This document shows positions 7,149 to 17,100 of a stretch of DNA of 30,308 nucleotides, in pieces. Source of the stretch: a virus (Duplodnaviria > Caudoviricetes). The DNA lies in IMG/VR virus record IMGVR_UViG_3300019872_000012, positions 1 to 30,308 of that record; one strand, 5' to 3'. The position numbers and the translations under genes are program-made. Numbering within the stretch: position 1 is the first letter of the stretch; each line of letters opens with the position of its first letter. Under the pieces are notes generated by a model that saw nothing but the letters and a program-made list of their open reading frames with translations, ran no database searches and was not told the origin of the DNA.

Positions 7149-7184
7149 AAGGCCGGCTTGTCTCAAATTGAGAGAGCCGGCCTT
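7149..7184. terminator. Intergenic hairpin downstream of the tail operon, possible terminator
   Basis: AAGGCCGGCT / AGCCGGCCTT arms plus inner TCTCAA/TTGAGA; U tract is short. Confidence 0.5.
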
Positions 7185-7323
7185 TGCAATTGAGGGGCCA
7201 ATCGCCCCTGTCTCATACGGGAATCAGGTATAAAGTTTTTCCGGGAGGTTGTCAACGCAATTGAGGAAAAGGGAGCCGGATTTGTGATTTCGGTTTCATC
7301 ACCGTATCAGGATAGTACGGGAT

Positions 7324-7735
7324 TCAGTTCCACCAAATCACATCGAAAGTTTTGGATGTCACGGCGTCCGGTAAGATCAAAACCTCGACGGCTAGATGAG
7401 TGACTCTCTCAGCATTGGCGTTGGATTGGCAGAGAACCTCCGCGCGGACGGCTGTAACCCTCTCCGTATTGTCATCCGGTTGGATGAGGACTTCGACGTC
7501 ATTTTGCGTTACACGATTGGGCAACCGGGCGCCTTTCGATCAGGGCCTCCAAGGAAAGGCCTGAGATGCGGGCCGCGCCGTTGCCGGCTGCAACCAAGAC
7601 TTCGACCAAGGATTGAGAAACCCTCACGTTGTTGTCATCGCGCAGATAGAGAACCTCGGCCAGGCATTTAGAAACCCTGACCTGGTTGTCATCCCGCAAA
7701 AGTAAAACCTCGACCGCGCTAAGTGATATTCTCAT
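7324..7735 (-). CDS. Tail-associated 18-aa-repeat protein split by a +1 frame change near 7520-7540
   Basis: ORFs 7499..7735 and 7324..7524 share the R(I/V)(S/T)xxxxE(V/A)L repeat; removing one base keeps the 18-aa period across seven repeats. Confidence 0.7.
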
Positions 7736-8696
7736 AGCCCACCTGCAAGGCGTTGACCTTGGAAATTGTCCAAGCGGCCGCCGTGTCCGGATCCAATTCC
7801 TCGATCACTTCATGATATTGCTGGTAAGAAGTTCCGAGCCCTACGGTTGAGCCGTTGACAACGGTTGAGCCGCTTTTCAATTTCTGCCGGACTTCCCTGA
7901 CAACGCCATCCGTCTTTCGAGCAACCATGTGTTGTTGGACGGCGAAGATTGTACCGGAGGTTGTCACCAGAGGATCAAGATTGAATAGATCTATCTGACC
8001 TGTCGTCGATGATTCATTGTACGTCGTATCGCCGTCATTGGTCTGCGGCTCATCGACGTTCTGATAATTCGAGCCGGCTGAGGGCGTAAACTGTGTCGAA
8101 TCCCCGGCCGCGTTCGGATAGAGGGTCTCTACTTTCACATCACCAAGAAAATCATTTCCCGGGGCCGGCCCGCTTGTGTCTGAAAAATAATGATCGTCGT
8201 ACAGGCCCGTCGCCAGGCCGTATCGGGTGATGTAGTTGTTGCCGGTCTGTTGATTGTCAACGCCCGAAATGCTCAGCACGTTTGTACCGTTGACTTGAAT
8301 GTCGACGGCGCCGGCAGAATCATCAATGGTCGCCTTACACTCAATGTACGTCCAAGCACTTGCAGGAAACACGCCAGGCGCGGAGGTTCCAAGGATTGCG
8401 CCTCCCCCTCCCCCGCGTCTGACTTCGATAGCGCCGTCAGACTTCCTCATCAAAGTCATTTGATCAGAGCCGCCGTCACGTAAGAGCAAAAAGAAATCCG
8501 CATCTGTTTTATAAATGCCAAATCCAATAATGAAAGTGGTAATGTTTGAGTCAATGTCCCTGAGAAACGCGAAGGTTGTAGCCTGAGCTGAGAATGGGCC
8601 GGTTCTGGCGTTCGCATTCCGGCCGCCCTGGGAAATGTTCCAAACATTGGTGTCAATGTTGTCATAGTCGAATCCGGCAATAAGTAGGATAGACAT
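7719..8696 (-). CDS. Minor tail / receptor-binding-type virion protein with ConA/LamG-like beta domain
   Basis: Follows the tail tip gene; G/T/D/N rich; WTYIECKATI...VDIQVNG...YDDHY beta-sandwich pattern. Confidence 0.6.
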   Translation of the reverse strand: MSILLIAGFDYDNIDTNVWNISQGGRNANARTGPFSAQATTFAFLRDIDSNITTFIIGFGIYKTDADFFLLLRDGGSDQMTLMRKSDGAIEVRRGGGGGAILGTSAPGVFPASAWTYIECKATIDDSAGAVDIQVNGTNVLSISGVDNQQTGNNYITRYGLATGLYDDHYFSDTSGPAPGNDFLGDVKVETLYPNAAGDSTQFTPSAGSNYQNVDEPQTNDGDTTYNESSTTGQIDLFNLDPLVTTSGTIFAVQQHMVARKTDGVVREVRQKLKSGSTVVNGSTVGLGTSYQQYHEVIEELDPDTAAAWTISKVNALQVGYENIT

Positions 8697-11600
8697 CTAG
8701 GTTCTTTTTACCTCAAGTGAAATCGTAAGTTTTTGAATCGCTGTGACTGAGTTCACAACGACGGCGAGGATCATTCCTTTTGTCAAGGCCGTCGTCCAAC
8801 CGGTCAGAGTCACATCTTCATATTTGACGCCGGTCGTAATCGTTGGACGTGCGGAGGCAACAATCGAATCAGCAATTGTTGGCGGGTAGTTCGCATAGAC
8901 GTCGGCCCAAAGTTCAATTTCAACGGAGCCGGTCTGATCTGCAAAAAGCCTGACGCCTAATATCTGACAGTCATAAGGCACACGGGCGAAGCCCGCCAGG
9001 CCAAGAGGCAACGGCGAGGCCCCGCCGTCAAGCCTGAAATCAACTCCTGATATGGGCGCGAAAGTGGCCTGGCCCCCTCCATCATTGGTCAGGGTGTCTT
9101 TTGGAACCACAAGGATCGAGACGGAGGTTATATCCGGGGAGGCGTCGCTTTCCTTGATGTTGATCGCGCCGGCCGGCGAGGGCGTGAAAGTGGTACCACC
9201 TGTCGCCGCCCCTCCGGAGGCCGCCCCTGTTCCGAAATCATTTTCAGGAATGACTTTCACATCATGGACGCCTACCGGTAAGTTGCCTATTTCGAAAAAT
9301 CCCTTGTTCGCTGAGTCAGGGGTAACGATGATTCCGGTGTCTGTGAAAGATCCGGCGCCGGCTCGTTTGAGTTGAACGCGAGCCGTCTGCCGGCCAGGGT
9401 AGGCCGCAAATGTGAATTCTCCGCGCAGGGTTGCCGGCTCGACGCCCCCGCCTGGTTGTGTGATCGTCAGGCCCGTGACTTGGCCCGGAGGGTTTTCGGT
9501 ATAGGGCAGATTGGTTGGAAGGATGACCGAGGTTTCCCCGGGGGCGTCGATAAAGCTTCGCGTTGCATAAATCCGCCCAACGCAACTGACCGTAAAATCC
9601 AGATTGGCAATCTGAATCTGTAAATCTTCCAGTCTGACGGGAATCTGTCTATAACCTCCGCTCAGCGCCGAAACTGCAACGATGTCGCCCTCTTCCAGCA
9701 AAAGGGCCTTGCCGAACGCGCTGGCCTGCCAGGAATAGAAAAAGTCGAGATCCCTGAGCTTTGCAATTCGGGCCGCAACAAGCCGGTCGGCCTGGTGATA
9801 TGAATCAATGCCAAGGCCGTCAATTTCATCCGGCAAAGTCTTTCTGACCTTGGATTGATGATCAGTGTCATTCTCCCGGATCTCGACCAGCGCCCAATCC
9901 TGCGAGGCCTCCCGATATTTCAATTTGACCTGGTTAACCGAGCTCTGACGAGAGCCCAGGGGCCATTTCATACTGTTCGGAAGGATATTGTCCTGGTCGA
10001 AATGGGCCGAAATCCTCAGGAATTCATCTAAAACGGAGTGAAAATAAATCAGGCTAGAATCCAATACGACGGAGCCGAGTTTCGACCGGACATTGATGAT
10101 CGTAGGAGCTGAGGGACTCCAAAAGAATTCCAGATACCGTTTCAGCGTTGGGTTTGCGCTCAGCGTTGAGTACAGCATTCCGGCAACGGTTCCGGTCGTA
10201 TCGTTCGCGTTGCACGTGTAAGAGACAGCGAAGCCGTCAACCGTCGCCGTCACTGTGTTTCCGTTGGCCGGCGTTCCCCCAACTGTGTAAAAGCCTCGAG
10301 GCGCAATCGTCGGGGTCCCTCCGGCTAGGGTTGCTCCGGAGGCTGTCAGGGTCACTCCCCCGGTTGCTCCGGCAACAATTGGTACTGAATTGCCGGCCGC
10401 CGAATATTCAAAGCCCTGGGCGATGCGTATCTCACTATTGAATTCGTTGGGTGAGATCAGAACCTCAGTAGTACGGGTTTGAGTAAGAATCAAGTCGTCA
10501 ATAGTCGAGTCATCCGCTGAGCCCGGATCCGCCAGGAACTGAATCGAATAGATTGGCCTGGTGAGCCGGATGGTTGACTTGAACCCGGGATTCCAAATCC
10601 CTGAGCCCGGCGTCGGCCGTGTGTAAGTTTTGAAAACCCCATCTTCCATTGCAATCCGCACTTCATAGCCGTTAGCAACGGCCCCGCCCGCGCCCTGGGA
10701 AAGGGAATCATTCGAAGCCTCTTCATAACAAGCCGCCAGAACCGGAGTAATGCCGTACTTGTCTACTTTGAATGCGTGATCGAGCCGGTTGAAGGTCGGA
10801 GCCTCGCCCTGGTTGAAGGCAACATAGAAAACCCCGTAACTTACGATCGTAAAAACGAGATCAAAGTTAATTCCGCTGACTTTCTCCTCAGACAGCGCCC
10901 CGCCCTGAGCTCCGGAGCCGGCCGGCAGTTTAAGGCCGTTGGATCCGAATAGAACCGTCGCCCCTTTCAGCGCGGACCAATTGATATCCTCAGTCTGCCA
11001 GGTTGTGAACCGTCTGAAATCATTGACATCATCAACCTGGACTATACTGGTAGTTTTTGAGGCTCTGATAATTGCATCGGCCATCGCCGTCGAGGGCGTA
11101 TAAAATGCAGCCCCAACGCCAACCGGATAGATTGGGCTCAGCGCGGACGTGTGAGTCAGGACGCCCCCGACGTAATAATTAACCACGCCGGACTCATGCT
11201 TGATCTCAAAAAGGGTAACGCCAGGCGTAAAGCTGAAACCGGTTATGAAAACCCCGTTTTCATAGATGTAGCCGGCTCCGGGTGTCGTGATGTCGGCATG
11301 CATTCCATACCGGATCCCGTCATAGGATGTTGGCCCGGTCAGGGCTGCCTGATTTGTGACTCCGGCAAACTGGCCGCCTCCGGCCGGAAATCTAAACTCA
11401 AACGACCAATCACCGCTTGCAATTTGATCGAAGCTCGTAACAGCCGCATTTCCCCATGCGGCCGGCCCAAACGCGGTTCTAGTGACCTGGTTGTCAGGAA
11501 CGGTTGAGATCGTCACATTTAATTGCTGATTCCATGAGGGAACCGTGGCGGTAGGAACGGAGACTGGCGCATTGCCGGAGCGAATAAAGGCGTCGATCAG

Positions 11601-13718
11601 GACGGCCGCGGCGTTATGCAATGCAGCCCCTGCCCTGATTGGGTAGACGGGGCTCAGCGCCGACGTGTGAACCAAGACGCCGGCAACGTAGTAATTGACG
11701 GAGCCGGACTCATATTTGATTTCAAATAGGTCTGTTGGTTCGGTGAAAGTGCCCGTTACTCCGACCGCGCCTCCGTTCTCGTAGATTGCCCAATCGCCTG
11801 GCGTTCCGACGCCCCGGCTGAATGCATGCCGGAGCTGATCGAAGCTGAATGAGCCCTCAATTGAATCATGGGTTGTAAGGCCGGCCATCTGAGCCTGACT
11901 CATCTTGAATTCAAATGAGAAATCGCCGGCCTGGACTCTCTCCCCTGAGGTTACTGCGGCCTCGCCCCAACCGTTGGTTGGTACATTCTTGGCGACCTGG
12001 TTGGGCGATGATGTGATGGTCACACCTTGTTGTTGAAACCACCCCGGGATGCCCTCGCCGATTGAGGCCCTGATATAGCCGTACTCTGTGGGCCTTTCGC
12101 ATTTGATCTGTATCCGGCCGTCCTGGCCCTGGACAAGGTAGCCGCGATAGGAGGGGAGCAAAACCTTGAAGAGAAAATCTATGAGCTTCGAACGCTCACG
12201 CACCTGAGCATTGAAGGTGTAGCGTCTCCTCAATAACGTCGGGGGCGGAATGTTGGCCGGAGGGGTTGCCGGGTCATACAGGTTATAAACATTGTCTCTG
12301 AAAACATCCGGGATTGAGTCAAGGGCCAGTTGCCAATATCGATAATAAAAAGTGTTGATGATCCCCGAGGAATAATAACGGTGATAATCGACGCCGGCCT
12401 TGCCTGACTGATTGTTGGGAAGGAAAACCGATTCCCCGTTTGTGAGGTCAACAAGGGGCTCCTGGCAATGCTGCCAGGTCTCATAGTTTACGCCGTCATT
12501 CATCAGGCGAACCGGCATCCCCAGACAACGGGAATCAGTCAGGATCCAACGGGTGTGGTCAATTGGGTTATCGCTCCATCCGTCTGACTTCCAACCGCCG
12601 TCGTTGCCGGCAACGGGCATCGACATCCCCATCACAAGCGCGGTGATCTCCGGGGTTTTGTCCTTTGTCTCTTGTTTCGAGCCGGTCACAAAGGCCCCGA
12701 TATATGAAAGCCTCGAGAAAAAGCCTGAGTTTGGAAAATAGGAATCCGGCAGGTTTGTGCCTGTGTTTCCGAAGTCTCCCAAATGAACGTTGACGCCCTG
12801 GGGCTGAGAAAATCCTTGTGTCTGGCTCCGGATGTTTGTGAGGGCAAGGTTTTTGCCCATCGACAGGGCCGTCAGGAAATAGATATTTCCGCCAGTGTCA
12901 TTAGATGCGAGCGGTAGCGCCTCACACTGAGCCCGGCCCAGGATGACAGGGATAGGTGAATCAATCGGGGTCTCATCCTGAGTTGACCAATGGCCGTAGT
13001 GGCGAACCTTTTTCTTGAATCCCAGAGCTCCTAAGAATCCGCCGCGCCTTTCTTTCGTCGTCCAAGTAAATGAGCCTTCTTGAGAAACAAGCCTGATTCC
13101 CTGGAAATTGGCTGTATTTCCATAGAAATCACATTGATTGTGTGACTTGTTGCAGGTCAGAGCGTTGTCATAGTTGGTGTTTCCGCCCCCGCCCCCGGGG
13201 CCGCCTTGACACTCTTCCTCTTTGAAGGTGAGCGGACATTTCGGCCCAAACTGCCGGGGCGGAAATTCTTGCTCGATGCCGTGGATATATTGCCGGGCGT
13301 TGATAACCGCGGCCTGATTGTCAACGACGTCGGCCTTCTCAATTGTCCCGGTGTATAAAATTATATTAGAATTCGAAAGGGAAGTGGACGCCGATGAGGA
13401 GATGCAGCGGATCACAAGAAACATGCCGGCCAGGTCGTTGGACTGAATGAATGCGGCGATTTGTCTATCGAGATTGGAAAAGGTGATCGTGGCTGAATTG
13501 GCCGTCGAAGTGACGAACCGTTTGATCGTCGGCGTGCTAGTTACAAGCCGGGTGTATGTGAAAGCGTCAAAGTTGATGGACATTGAGGAGAACAGCCCGA
13601 CCGCGTCTCCGGGATCATTCACGCGATCCGCCGTCATCGGGTAAAACTCATATAAGACGGCTAGGTCGTGAGACCTGGAATTTAACAATGATTCGAGTGC
13701 GGCTCCTACTTCCTGCAT
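8697..13718 (-). CDS. Tail tip / host-specificity protein (lambda J/hub-like) with inserted repeated beta domains
   Basis: 1673 aa, after tape measure and distal tail; Cys cluster (CPL...C...C...C), PIPVILG, DNP, NQVKLKY and LLLEEGDIV motifs; FN3-like segment near the C-terminus. Confidence 0.85.
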   Translation of the reverse strand: MQEVGAALESLLNSRSHDLAVLYEFYPMTADRVNDPGDAVGLFSSMSINFDAFTYTRLVTSTPTIKRFVTSTANSATITFSNLDRQIAAFIQSNDLAGMFLVIRCISSSASTSLSNSNIILYTGTIEKADVVDNQAAVINARQYIHGIEQEFPPRQFGPKCPLTFKEEECQGGPGGGGGNTNYDNALTCNKSHNQCDFYGNTANFQGIRLVSQEGSFTWTTKERRGGFLGALGFKKKVRHYGHWSTQDETPIDSPIPVILGRAQCEALPLASNDTGGNIYFLTALSMGKNLALTNIRSQTQGFSQPQGVNVHLGDFGNTGTNLPDSYFPNSGFFSRLSYIGAFVTGSKQETKDKTPEITALVMGMSMPVAGNDGGWKSDGWSDNPIDHTRWILTDSRCLGMPVRLMNDGVNYETWQHCQEPLVDLTNGESVFLPNNQSGKAGVDYHRYYSSGIINTFYYRYWQLALDSIPDVFRDNVYNLYDPATPPANIPPPTLLRRRYTFNAQVRERSKLIDFLFKVLLPSYRGYLVQGQDGRIQIKCERPTEYGYIRASIGEGIPGWFQQQGVTITSSPNQVAKNVPTNGWGEAAVTSGERVQAGDFSFEFKMSQAQMAGLTTHDSIEGSFSFDQLRHAFSRGVGTPGDWAIYENGGAVGVTGTFTEPTDLFEIKYESGSVNYYVAGVLVHTSALSPVYPIRAGAALHNAAAVLIDAFIRSGNAPVSVPTATVPSWNQQLNVTISTVPDNQVTRTAFGPAAWGNAAVTSFDQIASGDWSFEFRFPAGGGQFAGVTNQAALTGPTSYDGIRYGMHADITTPGAGYIYENGVFITGFSFTPGVTLFEIKHESGVVNYYVGGVLTHTSALSPIYPVGVGAAFYTPSTAMADAIIRASKTTSIVQVDDVNDFRRFTTWQTEDINWSALKGATVLFGSNGLKLPAGSGAQGGALSEEKVSGINFDLVFTIVSYGVFYVAFNQGEAPTFNRLDHAFKVDKYGITPVLAACYEEASNDSLSQGAGGAVANGYEVRIAMEDGVFKTYTRPTPGSGIWNPGFKSTIRLTRPIYSIQFLADPGSADDSTIDDLILTQTRTTEVLISPNEFNSEIRIAQGFEYSAAGNSVPIVAGATGGVTLTASGATLAGGTPTIAPRGFYTVGGTPANGNTVTATVDGFAVSYTCNANDTTGTVAGMLYSTLSANPTLKRYLEFFWSPSAPTIINVRSKLGSVVLDSSLIYFHSVLDEFLRISAHFDQDNILPNSMKWPLGSRQSSVNQVKLKYREASQDWALVEIRENDTDHQSKVRKTLPDEIDGLGIDSYHQADRLVAARIAKLRDLDFFYSWQASAFGKALLLEEGDIVAVSALSGGYRQIPVRLEDLQIQIANLDFTVSCVGRIYATRSFIDAPGETSVILPTNLPYTENPPGQVTGLTITQPGGGVEPATLRGEFTFAAYPGRQTARVQLKRAGAGSFTDTGIIVTPDSANKGFFEIGNLPVGVHDVKVIPENDFGTGAASGGAATGGTTFTPSPAGAINIKESDASPDITSVSILVVPKDTLTNDGGGQATFAPISGVDFRLDGGASPLPLGLAGFARVPYDCQILGVRLFADQTGSVEIELWADVYANYPPTIADSIVASARPTITTGVKYEDVTLTGWTTALTKGMILAVVVNSVTAIQKLTISLEVKRT

Positions 13719-13724
13719 ATTCTC

Positions 13725-14111
13725 CTAAGCGGGATATTGAACAATGACGACCGTGCGGCCCTGAGCTGAAACCAATTTGTGCGGGTTTTCGGTGTACCCT
13801 CCCCTATCGTAGCGGCAACCTGAATAAATAATTCCACTGGTTGGATGAGTGAAAGAAAAAGTATGATGTGAGCCCTCATCGCCGATGCGTGCGAGCTCCG
13901 CGTGGGCGTCATGGCCGGCCGCTTCTGCGGCGTCGAGATTTACAAACTCAAGATTCCATCGATATACGGCCGTCTCAACCGGCATATTGGTTGAAACGCC
14001 GCCGTCTTCATAATGAGTGAAGCCTACAGGGTACCGGCCGACGCGAGTCAGACAGCTTGTCGGCCGCGCTCCGGTTGTTGCCTGATTTGGGAAGTTACCA
14101 ATCACAGCCAT
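13725..14111 (-). CDS. Distal tail / minor tail protein
   Basis: Position after tape measure, 128 aa, WNLEF...FSFTHP pattern reminiscent of lambda gpM-like proteins. Confidence 0.65.
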   Translation of the reverse strand: MAVIGNFPNQATTGARPTSCLTRVGRYPVGFTHYEDGGVSTNMPVETAVYRWNLEFVNLDAAEAAGHDAHAELARIGDEGSHHTFSFTHPTSGIIYSGCRYDRGGYTENPHKLVSAQGRTVVIVQYPA

Positions 14112-14113
14112 GC

Positions 14114-17100
14114 TCAGCCCCTCCGGATGACGGTCTGGTCGTCGTTGATGACTTTTCGGCTATCGCCGTCTGATTTATAGTCATTGGTGAAAGTACTGAC
14201 GATGAAAGCCTGGTCGGGCCGGATCGTGATGATATTTTCTATGATCCGGCGTTCCTGGTTAATGACAATCGGTTGCTGTGAGTCCTCGCCTCCGGTTGCG
14301 CCTCCGGAGTTGCCGAAAGTATCGCCTGAGCTCGTATTCTGACTAGGAGCAACAGCCCGGCCAACGATTGCGGCGCCGCCTGCCAGGCCGGCCCATAGTG
14401 CGGCCGACGTAAAGTGTCCGGCCGCGGCCGGGGGGTTGATAAAGAGCGCCCCAAATCCCAGAGCCAATTCCTTGATTGAATTCACCGCGGCCTCTTTGGC
14501 GATTGCGGCGAGTTGCTCAGCCAAAAGTTTACGAATCACGGCCGGCCCGGTTTTGCCGAGTAGTACGTAATTCTGTACGGCTGAACCGATTCCTTCAGCG
14601 AATCCCAGGAAAGCGCTCTTTCCAATCTCATCAATAGAAACAATGGAGTCTTCTATCGACTTCGAAAAATCCTCAATAACGGCCTTTGCCAGGCCGACCT
14701 GTGAGGCCATCTCTTGGACGCGCTCAGAGAATAGGGATTGAAAGCCCCCGCCGCTCAGCCGCTCATTTGCCGAGATCTTGGCGTCGATAGCCTGTAGCTC
14801 TATGGCCAGGCGTGCGCGTTCAATCACCAAGGCCGCGTTTTTGCCCTTCTCTATTTCTATGAGCTCAGCCGCGGAGGCCTTCGCTTCGACCGCGCGCCGG
14901 CGTACCTGTTCGAATTGCTCAGATATCGACCGTTCATTGTCCGCTGAGGAAAGCCGGGCGATCTCCCGTTGCGCCTCCAAATCTTGGCCCACACCGAGGG
15001 ACCTGGTCGCCGTGAATTGCTTAAGCACGTCGGCCTGGGCTCTCTGTAGATCAAGCTGAGCGGCCCTCAGACCGCGTACAGCTTCAACCCGTGCGTTGAT
15101 GTACCGGGAGAAGAGGGCCGCGTCCTTTGCCCTGGCCTCTTGTTCGCGTTCGAGGGCCTCAGTCTCAAATGTTGCCCGTTCAACAGAGAGCTTTTTAAGT
15201 TCGTCGGTAAGACGGCGCTTTTCTTCGGTCTCGTTTGTTTCGAGTGCCAGGCCCCTTTCGATGAGGGCTTTTCTATCGTCGAAGCGCTCACGTTCCAAAT
15301 CCAATAGCTTGGCCTCTGCCTCCGCATTGGTGATCTGATTACGCTTGACCTGGCCCCCAACGGCTTGGGTCTCTTGATCGCGTATCGCTTCGCGCAGTTC
15401 CAACAGCCTTTTGAAACGGCTCTCCTCATTTTTCAACTCCTCATTTTGTTGAGCCTCCCTAAGCTCTTGTTGCCGGCGTTCGGAATCAAGTATGGCCTGG
15501 TCTGCTTTGAGTGAGATCTCACGCCGTTTTACGTCCGCCTCTGCCTTGGTTTTGGCCGTCCGGACGGCTGCCGATTCCTCCGCTTTAAAAGTTGCAAGCC
15601 TGGTTGCTAGAAGGATGTTATCAAGATCGATGGCCTTCTGTGTGAAATCCTGGATTGAGAGAATGCGGGCCTGTAACGCATCTTTGAGTTGCTCCGTCTC
15701 ACGGCGGTTTCTGAGCTCAGCCTCTTTCTCATTGAGTTGCAGATCTTTCAACTCTTGTTTGGCTTGCTCCCGTGCCGCCGCCGCGGCCTTTTTGCCGTCC
15801 TCATCCTCTTTGGCCCGGCCCCGGCCCCCGGCCAGTTTTGCGCCCGTGTCTGCCGGCGTCTTGCGTCCCAGGCCAGGAACGGCCCGGACGTCGGCCGCCG
15901 CGCGCTTTCTTGCTTCCTCGATACGCTTGACAGCCTCGGCGCCCGTCTTGCCGAAATTCTTCATGCCCTCAACAAGGTTTTTCTCACCCTGTTTTGCGGC
16001 GTTCTCTGCGGCCTCACGTATCCCTTTGATTGCCCGGGCCTCAGCCGCGGCCTTGTCTCCCAGGCCTGGAATCAGGGAGGCGATTGCAGCCGTGATATCT
16101 GCTACCGCTTCAAGCGGCGTCAACAGAAATTGCACGACAGTTGAGCCGGCAATCTGGAAGCCGGCTGTCACAACTTTTATCAGGTCCCGTAGGTTGCCCA
16201 TTCCGGCAACAATTGACAACAAGACATCGTCGACAAATCTGATACGGGTTCCCCACTGATCACTGCCGGAAATGAGTGAAACGAAATCACCAATGATGAG
16301 CCCAACGATTCTGACGATCTCATCAAAGCTCTGAATGATTGCGCCTATTGCCGACCGGTTCTCGTTGATGAGTTGATTGATTGATTGAATCCCTTTCACA
16401 ACGAAATCAATCAAATCTGTGATCGTTTTGCCGGCCGTGTCGAAGATTCGTGTGAGTAGATCCGCAATCCCATTGAGATTGTTCGAAATCAGATTTGAAC
16501 TATTGAGATCAAAGATTTTCGGCAAAACCTCATTGGCTTTATCTCTGAGTTGATCAAAGAGGCCTTCCGACACAAGGGCGAATAAAGTACTCCGGGCCTC
16601 TTGTAGGTTGCTGGTCGCCGCCTCGAATGTCTTTGCAACGAGAGCGCCGGCCGCCGCGGCCTCTCTGAGCTTCTCCTCAAGAAACTCCGCAAATTTCCCC
16701 TGCTTTTGCGCCTCAAGTGCGGCCTGGCGAGTTATACCCAACGCAATGGCGGCCTGTGTGTTTCGATTGATCTCACCGCTCAGGATTGCCCGGGTTTCCT
16801 GTTTGATCTGATCGAGAGGCAAGCCGATTGCTGTCACGGCCTGGGTGATCGAGATCACATTTTTGCGCACCTGGTCGAGGGTCAGCCCGGCATTGAGCCC
16901 GGGGGCCAGGCCGGCCTGTAACGCCGGAGCAATGTCCTGAAAGGTCGCCGCCGTCTGCAGAGCGTCAATACGCAATTTGCGCATCTGGTCAGAGGCCAGA
17001 GGAATAGCCGCATTTAATGCGTCGAGGCCTCGCAACTGGATGCCGTCTGAGTTCCTGAGATCCCCAACCGAGGCAATCACCGTCGCTATTCCGAGTTGCA

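Noticed and set aside
11061-12041. Diversity-generating retroelement TR/VR pair
   Set aside because: Both copies are in-frame protein domains, differences are not adenine-specific, and no reverse transcriptase is present.
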